Below the pieces are notes generated by a model. That model was not told the origin of the DNA, searched no databases, and saw only the letters and a list, made by a program, of their open reading frames with translations. Both the position numbers and the translations under genes were made by a program. From Candidatus Doudnabacteria bacterium (GTDB lineage: Bacteria; Patescibacteriota; Doudnabacteria; UBA920; O2-02-FULL-48-8): a stretch of 64,000 nucleotides of DNA. The stretch is from positions 511,698 to 575,697 of the forward strand of contig JBBCGO010000001.1 in NCBI GenBank assembly GCA_037200925.1, in the 5' to 3' direction. This document shows, in pieces, positions 57,798 through 64,000 of the stretch; the first letter of the stretch is position 1, and the number at the start of each line of letters is the position of its first letter.

Positions 57798-59321
57798 TTA
57801 AATACTCAACTGATTATCCATGCGGGTAGTGATCGTTCCGCCGGACGGCAACGAAAGGTCCAAACTGTTCGCCGGTACAACTTCTTTCAGTTTCAATCCC
57901 CAGGAATTAAACACATCCATGCTGGGGATGCCGACCCTGCTGCTGTCCTTCGCCATATAGATCGTGCCGTGGTCATTGATAAGCGTTCCGTCCGGATGAG
58001 CAATGCTTGAATTTGATATTGGCGGCAAGGTGACCATAAATGAAGTGTCTCCGTCAGCCGCATTGGCAAATGAATAGCCCAATTCCAGGAACGCCGGGGC
58101 ATTGGTGAAACCCGTGCGCAAACCATTGGTAATCAGATAGATCGTACCGTGGTCATTTATCAAAGAACCGTTCCTTGGCGGTATAAAATAAGTTGTGGTT
58201 GTATTTGCTCCTGTGGGTGTGTAAGTTGTCAGAGGTAAACTCATATCATCGGCAGTCGCGATGATGACCGTTTCCCACTGGTTAAAACCATATGACAAAA
58301 AAGCTCCGGCAGAAGTATACGGACTTCGGTGACCTGATTGAATTCTGTATACCGTCCCATCCGGTCCTAAGACGTTCGTATTATCGGGATGAGGAAATAA
58401 ACTCGCCCCGTTCGCGTTCACGGTCAGACTAAATTGCTTTGTCTTCACCAAGCCCATATTATTATCCAAGCTCAAAGTGATATTATACGTTCCGGCAACC
58501 GTAGAGGTGCCGGCCAGACTGATATCATTCGTCGCATTGGCGCCTATTATCGTGGTAACAGAAGTGACGGGTGAAGGCCCGTCCACAATCGGCATGCCGA
58601 TTCCCGGCGGAAGCCCTACATAACGGACAACGATCCCTGAATTGCCGGATTGAGCAAAGGATACGTTAGCTGAATACGGCTGGCCAACCACGGCATTGGG
58701 GAGAGGAGAGGAAGTGGTAATGGAAATACTGCCTGAATTCGGTGAAACTCCCGAACTGGATGAAAACGACGAATCGGCTGATGAAATCGTCATGGTCGGG
58801 CTGATAATTGAATTAAAACCTTGGGTCTGGACTTGATTTCCGGTATCATCGGAGGCGCTAAGTTGATCCAAGAGAAATTGAAATTGAGAGCCGATTGGTG
58901 CATTGCTTCCAAAAAATACCCAAACAACGAAATTTTTGTTTGCACCATTGGCAATAACCCGGGGTGGCGACAAAGTAAACACAGCCGAGCAATTCTCGTC
59001 CATACTTACGGTTTGTCCCAATCGGGACGCAGTATCAGCATCGTAAAGAGTTATCAAAGTAGCGTAATTGCAGAATGAAGTATTAAGAGCGTCCAAACCA
59101 AAACCGATCTGATTGATGGAAACATTGCCTCCCGTTGCTCTGGCATTAAATTTCAGAATTTCAGTGGACGTCCCTGCAATAATGGAAGCGGATGCGGGAC
59201 TGAGCGGACTTAAGATGAGGCCGGCAGAAGAAGTTGTCTGAGCTTGCGCTGGCGTCCATCCTGAAATAATCAGCAAAATCAAGCAAGACGCAAAAATTCT
59301 GGAAAAAATAAATTTTTTCAT
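57798..59321 (-). CDS. Secreted Ser/Thr-rich surface protein (paralogue of 43146-44120)
   Basis: Signal peptide AQA; extra N-terminal beta-rich domain; Ig-like domain; same C-terminal triple repeat. Confidence 0.8.
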   Translation of the reverse strand: MKKFIFSRIFASCLILLIISGWTPAQAQTTSSAGLILSPLSPASASIIAGTSTEILKFNARATGGNVSINQIGFGLDALNTSFCNYATLITLYDADTASRLGQTVSMDENCSAVFTLSPPRVIANGANKNFVVWVFFGSNAPIGSQFQFLLDQLSASDDTGNQVQTQGFNSIISPTMTISSADSSFSSSSGVSPNSGSISITTSSPLPNAVVGQPYSANVSFAQSGNSGIVVRYVGLPPGIGMPIVDGPSPVTSVTTIIGANATNDISLAGTSTVAGTYNITLSLDNNMGLVKTKQFSLTVNANGASLFPHPDNTNVLGPDGTVYRIQSGHRSPYTSAGAFLSYGFNQWETVIIATADDMSLPLTTYTPTGANTTTTYFIPPRNGSLINDHGTIYLITNGLRTGFTNAPAFLELGYSFANAADGDTSFMVTLPPISNSSIAHPDGTLINDHGTIYMAKDSSRVGIPSMDVFNSWGLKLKEVVPANSLDLSLPSGGTITTRMDNQLSI

Positions 59322-59329
59322 TTTAAAAA

Positions 59330-59695
59330 TTATGGGATGACTATCACGGAACCATGGGTTGTCGGATTCAAATGGTCATGGAACCCCCAGGTCCCGAGTT
59401 TCGTAAACGTGTAAGAATAGGTACTGCCGGGTGTTACGGGCTGCAAAGCGTCAAAGCCGGGCAGATCAGTATGGGTCGGGTGCGGGTTTGAGGCCGGCCA
59501 ATGCCCTTCTGAGTCTGTATTTTTAAAAATAACGGTAGCTCCTTGTTTGATTGTAACCGCGGCCGGATTAAACCCTTTTGATGTCATGTCAATTTCCGGA
59601 GTTTGGCTCACGGCTTGAGTTGTAGTTTGGGCCTGTTTATTGCATGCAGCCGCCAGAAGCATGAGCCCGAAAACCGCAACAAATATTTTTTTCAT
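59330..59695 (-). CDS. Cupredoxin-fold lipoprotein
   Basis: Lipobox LAAAC; GF.P..VTI..G.TV.F.N; HWPASNPHPTHT; GTWGFHDH. Confidence 0.8.
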   Translation of the reverse strand: MKKIFVAVFGLMLLAAACNKQAQTTTQAVSQTPEIDMTSKGFNPAAVTIKQGATVIFKNTDSEGHWPASNPHPTHTDLPGFDALQPVTPGSTYSYTFTKLGTWGFHDHLNPTTHGSVIVIP

Positions 59696-60933
59696 TAAAT
59701 TCCCCTGTCGCGCATGGCTTCCGCTATGCGATTAATCGCCAAAATAAATGCGGCCGTCCGAAAATCTGTATTGTATTTTTCTCTGGATGACAAAACATTT
59801 TGCCAAGCTTCTGTCATATAAACTGTCAATTTTTTCAAAACTTCCGTTTTGGTCCAGTAATAGCCGCTTAAGTTCTGCGACCACTCCAGATAGGAGGTCG
59901 CCACTCCCCCGGAGTTCGACAAGACATCCGGAATAACCCAGATCCCTTTCTTGTGCAAAATTATATCAGCTTCGGGCGTGGTCGGGCCATTGGCCATTTC
60001 AATAATCACTTTGGCCCTGATCTTTTTGGCGTTGCCTTTATGAATTTGGTTTTCCAAAGCGGCCGGCACCAGGACGTCCACGGGCAGTTCCAATAATTTT
60101 TCATTGCTCACATCAATTGTACCCGGAAATCCTTGCAGCATACGGTTTTCCTCTTTATATTGATGGATTTTTTTTATATCCAATCCGCGGGGATTATAAA
60201 TTCCGCCTTTGGAATCTGACAAGGCCACGACTTTAAACGCGGCCGCAGAAGCAAGCTCGGCAAAAAATGAGCCGACATTACCGAAGCCCTGCACAGCCAG
60301 ACTCGCATTTTTTTTAAGTCCGCCGGCTTTAATTGCCTGTTTCAAGATCTCAACCCCGCCAAATCCCGTGGCCTCTTCCCGCCCCTGTGAGCCTCCCATG
60401 GAAATTGGCTTGCCGGTGATCACAGCCGGCGTAAATTTCCCCACCAGCTTGGAGTATTCATCCACCATCCAACCCATGATCTCTGGGGTCGTGTTGACGT
60501 CCGGCGCCGGCACATCCACGTCCGGTCCGATATTTTTATAGATTAGATCGATAAATTTCCGGCTCATCCGCTCCAGCTCGGGTTTCGATAATTTTTTCGG
60601 ATCAACTGCTATTCCGCCTTTGCCCCCGCCGTAAGGTACGCCGACCACGGCGTTTTTAATGCTCATCCAAAATGCCAAAGCCTTGACTTCGTCCAGATCC
60701 ACCTGGGGATGATACCTAAGCCCTCCTTTGAACGGCCCCCGGGCGTCATTGTATTGCACCCGCAATCCCTGAAAAATTTTCACTTCTCCGTTATCCATCT
60801 TCAATGGTATCGAAACTGAAATAACGCGAGTCGGCTGTTTCAGCAAAGCTAAGACTTGCTTATCAAGCTTTAAAACTGCCGCGGCATTTTCCAGCTGCTG
60901 CATTGCTGATTTGAAGGGATTGATTTTTGGCAT
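59695..60933 (-). CDS. gdhA: Glu/Leu/Phe/Val (glutamate) dehydrogenase
   Basis: GPFKGGLRYHP, GGGKGG, DVPAPD, TGKP..GGS.GR..ATG, QGFGNVG, EMANGP. Confidence 0.94.
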   Translation of the reverse strand: MPKINPFKSAMQQLENAAAVLKLDKQVLALLKQPTRVISVSIPLKMDNGEVKIFQGLRVQYNDARGPFKGGLRYHPQVDLDEVKALAFWMSIKNAVVGVPYGGGKGGIAVDPKKLSKPELERMSRKFIDLIYKNIGPDVDVPAPDVNTTPEIMGWMVDEYSKLVGKFTPAVITGKPISMGGSQGREEATGFGGVEILKQAIKAGGLKKNASLAVQGFGNVGSFFAELASAAAFKVVALSDSKGGIYNPRGLDIKKIHQYKEENRMLQGFPGTIDVSNEKLLELPVDVLVPAALENQIHKGNAKKIRAKVIIEMANGPTTPEADIILHKKGIWVIPDVLSNSGGVATSYLEWSQNLSGYYWTKTEVLKKLTVYMTEAWQNVLSSREKYNTDFRTAAFILAINRIAEAMRDRGI

Positions 60934-60964
60934 ATTCCATTTCTTTCTTTAGTTCGGAGCGCCC

Positions 60965-61894
60965 TTATCCCTGATCCATATGCAGATATTTTTCCACGTC
61001 CATGGCTGCCATGCAGCCCATGCCGGCGGCTGTAACTGCTTGCCTGTAGCGGTAATCGCGCACATCTCCCGCTACGAACACTCCGTCAATGCTGGTCTTG
61101 GTTTGATCTTTAGGAACGATATAACCCTTGGCATCCAAATCAATTTGCCCGGCGAAAATTTCCGTGTTGGGTTTATGGCCGATAGCGATAAAAACTCCTT
61201 CGATAGGGCGTTCTTCGATTTGACCGGTTTTGATGTCCTTAACTTTCACCCCGGTCAAATGATCACCGCCCAAAAATTCTTCAACTGTTTTATTAAATTC
61301 AATGGTGATTTTTGAATTGGTTTTGGCGCGGTCCTGCATGATCTGGGATGCGCGTAACTTATCGCTGCGGTTTAAGACAGTTACTTTCTTGGCAAACTTG
61401 GTCAGGTACAAAGCCTCTTCCATGGCCGCATCCCCGCCGCCGACGACAATGATGTCTTTTTCCTTGAAAAAGAAACCGTCACAGGTGGCGCAGGAAGAAA
61501 TGCCCTTGCCGCGAAATTTTTCTTCCGACGGCAACCCGAGCCAGATGGAAGAAGCGCCCGTCGCCGCGATAATGCTTTCGCCCTGGTAAGTTTTATCGCC
61601 GACAGTCACCTTAAAAGGTTTTTGGCCAAAATCAACTTTTGTCGCATCCTCAAAAATTATCTCCGCGCCAAAACGTTTCGCCTGTTCGATCATCTTCTGC
61701 ATCAGTTCAGGGCCCTGGATGCCGGAAGGAAATCCCGGGAAATTTTCCACATCAGTAGTGATCATCAATTGCCCGCCATAAATAAGCCCCCCGATGACAA
61801 GAGGTTTCAGATTAGCCCTGGCCGCATATAAAGCCGCCGTCAGTCCCGCCGGGCCGGAACCGATGATTATTACTTTTCTTGTTTCTGTATCCAT
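60965..61894 (-). CDS. trxB: Thioredoxin reductase
   Basis: IIGSGPAG, VENFPGF, CATCDG, GGGD.A.EEA, AIGHKPN, YRQAVTAAG. Confidence 0.97.
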   Translation of the reverse strand: MDTETRKVIIIGSGPAGLTAALYAARANLKPLVIGGLIYGGQLMITTDVENFPGFPSGIQGPELMQKMIEQAKRFGAEIIFEDATKVDFGQKPFKVTVGDKTYQGESIIAATGASSIWLGLPSEEKFRGKGISSCATCDGFFFKEKDIIVVGGGDAAMEEALYLTKFAKKVTVLNRSDKLRASQIMQDRAKTNSKITIEFNKTVEEFLGGDHLTGVKVKDIKTGQIEERPIEGVFIAIGHKPNTEIFAGQIDLDAKGYIVPKDQTKTSIDGVFVAGDVRDYRYRQAVTAAGMGCMAAMDVEKYLHMDQG

Positions 61895-61895
61895 A

Positions 61896-62852
61896 TTATT
61901 TAACTCTCTTAATTTGCGTCCAATCGCTGGTCAACCCAAAGTTGCCTTTTTTCCTCATCAGCCAATCATAGCACGCCAATGCCGCAGTGGCGCCTTCCCC
62001 CGCTGAGATCACCGCTTGCTTGTAGGTGCTGTTCGTGGCATCGCCGGCCGCAAAGATCCCGTCCGCAGAGGTCGCTTGGCTGGCATCCGCTATTATCTGC
62101 TCCTGCTCATCTAACTTTACTATATTTTTCACCAAATTGGAATCAACCACATACCCGAGCTCGACAAACAAACCGTCCAAAGGAAGTTCTACCTGCTTGC
62201 CTGTTTTTAAATCAAGAAGCTGCAAACCGCTAACCGCGGTTTGCCCCAAAATTTCCTGGATCTGGACGTGCGAAATAAATTCCACATTTTTTTTCTTGAA
62301 CAAAGTCTTGACCAGTCCTGAATTGCCCAAAAACTTCTCGGTTTTCGATAAAACGTAAACTTTTCTTGCGAACTTCGCGCATAACAATCCCGCGTCCGCG
62401 GCAATATCACCGATGCCGGCGATGGCTACGGTTTTTCCTTTGAACAAAGGTGCATCACATGTGGCGCAATAAGAAATTCCCTTGCCTTTCAGCTCTTCTT
62501 CCCCAGGCACGCCCAGATCTTTGGGTTTTTTCCCATAAGCCAAAATCAGGCCTTCGGATTTGTACTGCTTACCGTAAGCTGTGACAATGAAACCTGCGGA
62601 AGAAGGTTTTATTCGGGAAACTTCCGCTTGAATATACTGTGCGCCGAATTTTTCCGCCTGCTTTTTGACCCCATTGACCAGCTCAAAACCGCCGATCGCT
62701 TCTATCCCGGGAAAATTTTGGATCTCATCGGTAAAATTGGCCTGTCCGGCCACATCTTTGCCGATGACCAGGGTTTTTAAGCCCCTGCGGGCTGAATACA
62801 AAGCTGCGGCGAATCCGGCCACTCCGGCCCCCACTATAATCACGTCAAACAT
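61896..62852 (-). CDS. Second thioredoxin-reductase-like FAD oxidoreductase
   Basis: GAGVAG, NFPG, CATCD, FAAGD, KQAVISAGEG; divergent NAD(P)H motif GIGDIAADAG. Confidence 0.85.
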   Translation of the reverse strand: MFDVIIVGAGVAGFAAALYSARRGLKTLVIGKDVAGQANFTDEIQNFPGIEAIGGFELVNGVKKQAEKFGAQYIQAEVSRIKPSSAGFIVTAYGKQYKSEGLILAYGKKPKDLGVPGEEELKGKGISYCATCDAPLFKGKTVAIAGIGDIAADAGLLCAKFARKVYVLSKTEKFLGNSGLVKTLFKKKNVEFISHVQIQEILGQTAVSGLQLLDLKTGKQVELPLDGLFVELGYVVDSNLVKNIVKLDEQEQIIADASQATSADGIFAAGDATNSTYKQAVISAGEGATAALACYDWLMRKKGNFGLTSDWTQIKRVK

Positions 62853-62860
62853 AAAGCAAA

Positions 62861-62982
62861 TTTCTAATATCTAATTTCTAAATCCTAAACAAATCGCAAA
62901 TCCCAAGCCTTAAAACTTTTTGAAATATATCTTTTGTCATTTTGAATTTATTTAGAATTTAGGATTTAATGCTTAGGATTTC
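62861..62982. repeat. Degenerate heptamer tandem repeats in inverted arrangement
   Basis: TTTCTAA TATCTAA TTTCTAA ATCCTAA ACAAATC GCAAATC ... TTTAGAA TTTAGGA. Confidence 0.6.
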
Positions 62983-63808
62983 TTTTTGATATCTCATTCG
63001 CCACGACATTTTCCAATAACTTTGCCACTGTAATCGGTCCTACTCCGCCCGGAGTCGGAGTGATCAATGATGCTGTTTTCGCCACGTTTTGAAAATCTAC
63101 ATCTCCATGCATCTTCTTGCCTTTAAATGAAACCCCCGCATCAATGACGATCGCTCCTTTTTTGATCATATTCGCTTTGATCAATTTGGCTTTGCCCACA
63201 CCGGAGATCAAAATGTCAGCAATAAGGGTAATCTTTCTAAGATTCCTGGTGTCTTTATTGCAGGTGGTCAGCGTCACCGGCATGTGGATCAATAAATTGG
63301 TCAATGGCCTGCCGATCAGGTCCCCCTGCCCGACCAAAACAATATGTTTACCGCGAAGATCGATCTTATAATACTTCAAAATTTCCAGTATCGCGCCCGG
63401 GCTCGGCGGAGTCAGGATGTTCTCGGCGATCACCAGTTTGCCCAAGGATTCCCAAGTCAAAAAATCAACATCTATCAAAGGATCAAGAGCATTAAGAACT
63501 TTTTTCTTATCCAGATTCTTGGGCAGCGGCAGCTGAACGATAATGCCGGACAAGTTTTGTTTCTGGATTTTTTTGATCTCAGCGATCAATTTTCCCTCTG
63601 AAATACTGTTTGGGAATTTGTAGAGTGAAAATTTGACGCCGATGCTTAGTGCCGCTTCCTGTTTTTTGCGGACATAGGTTTCCGAGGGTCTGTCATCTCC
63701 CACCAAAACCACTGCCAAATGCGGATGCAAACCCAAACTTCGGATCTGATCCTTCAACTTTTTTAAAAGCTTACCCGCGATGGTTTTACCCTCAGCTATT
63801 GTCGCCAT
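62966..63808 (-). CDS. folD: Methylene-THF dehydrogenase/cyclohydrolase
   Basis: LAVVLVGD..S.TYV..K, GIIVQLPLP, VIDAG, GDVDF, ITPTPGGVGP.TVA.L. Confidence 0.93.
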   Translation of the reverse strand: MATIAEGKTIAGKLLKKLKDQIRSLGLHPHLAVVLVGDDRPSETYVRKKQEAALSIGVKFSLYKFPNSISEGKLIAEIKKIQKQNLSGIIVQLPLPKNLDKKKVLNALDPLIDVDFLTWESLGKLVIAENILTPPSPGAILEILKYYKIDLRGKHIVLVGQGDLIGRPLTNLLIHMPVTLTTCNKDTRNLRKITLIADILISGVGKAKLIKANMIKKGAIVIDAGVSFKGKKMHGDVDFQNVAKTASLITPTPGGVGPITVAKLLENVVANEISKRNPKH

Positions 63809-63867
63809 ACAGTTTTTATTGTACCATATTACTTTGGTAACTCTTAGGCTCTTCTATCGATTAATAT

Positions 63868-64000
63868 ATGCAAGAAAATGACGTACAAAACCTGATCCGC
63901 GCGGCCCAGCAGGGTGATTCGGACGCGTTTGGACAAATTTACAACTTGTACGCCAAACAGATTTATAATTTCTTGTTCAATAAGATCCGCCACCAGCAAA
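63868..64000 (+). CDS. ECF sigma factor, N-terminal fragment, runs off right edge
   Basis: MQENDVQNLIRAAQQGDSDAFGQIYNLYAKQIYNFL resembles ECF region 1.2/2. Confidence 0.75.
   Translation, partial: MQENDVQNLIRAAQQGDSDAFGQIYNLYAKQIYNFLFNKIRHQQ

Overview
Core-genome segment of a bacterium whose gene content and style suggest CPR/Patescibacteria (inference; code 11). Housekeeping genes include nrdJ-nrdR, ftsZA, rpsU, lepB, der, pth, dprA, topA, dus, hrcA-grpE-dnaK-dnaJ (two CIRCE sites), uvrA, uvrC, secG, rnj, trpS, ychF, rpsF-ssb-rpsR, efp, gdh, two trxB-like genes, folD and tRNAs Val/Lys/Leu. I see no CRISPR array, transposase, integrase or phage genes. Unusual items: (1) several families of dispersed, covarying, branched intergenic elements, including a ~120-nt element that directly abuts the starts of nrdR, efp and tRNA-Lys, a second family with an apparent empty site, and a 29-bp palindrome with filled, expanded and empty states; (2) an intact HisRS homologue that has lost its recognisable catalytic motifs; (3) a GC-richer purC-purE-purB / pyrE-pyrF-pyrC-pyrD island with divergent active-site motifs; (4) ORFan cassettes sharing a terminator-promoter-SD linker; (5) a candidate stand-alone ncRNA next to dprA; (6) a mini-element with a duplicated tRNA-Leu 3' end. 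All calls are by eye, without database searches.
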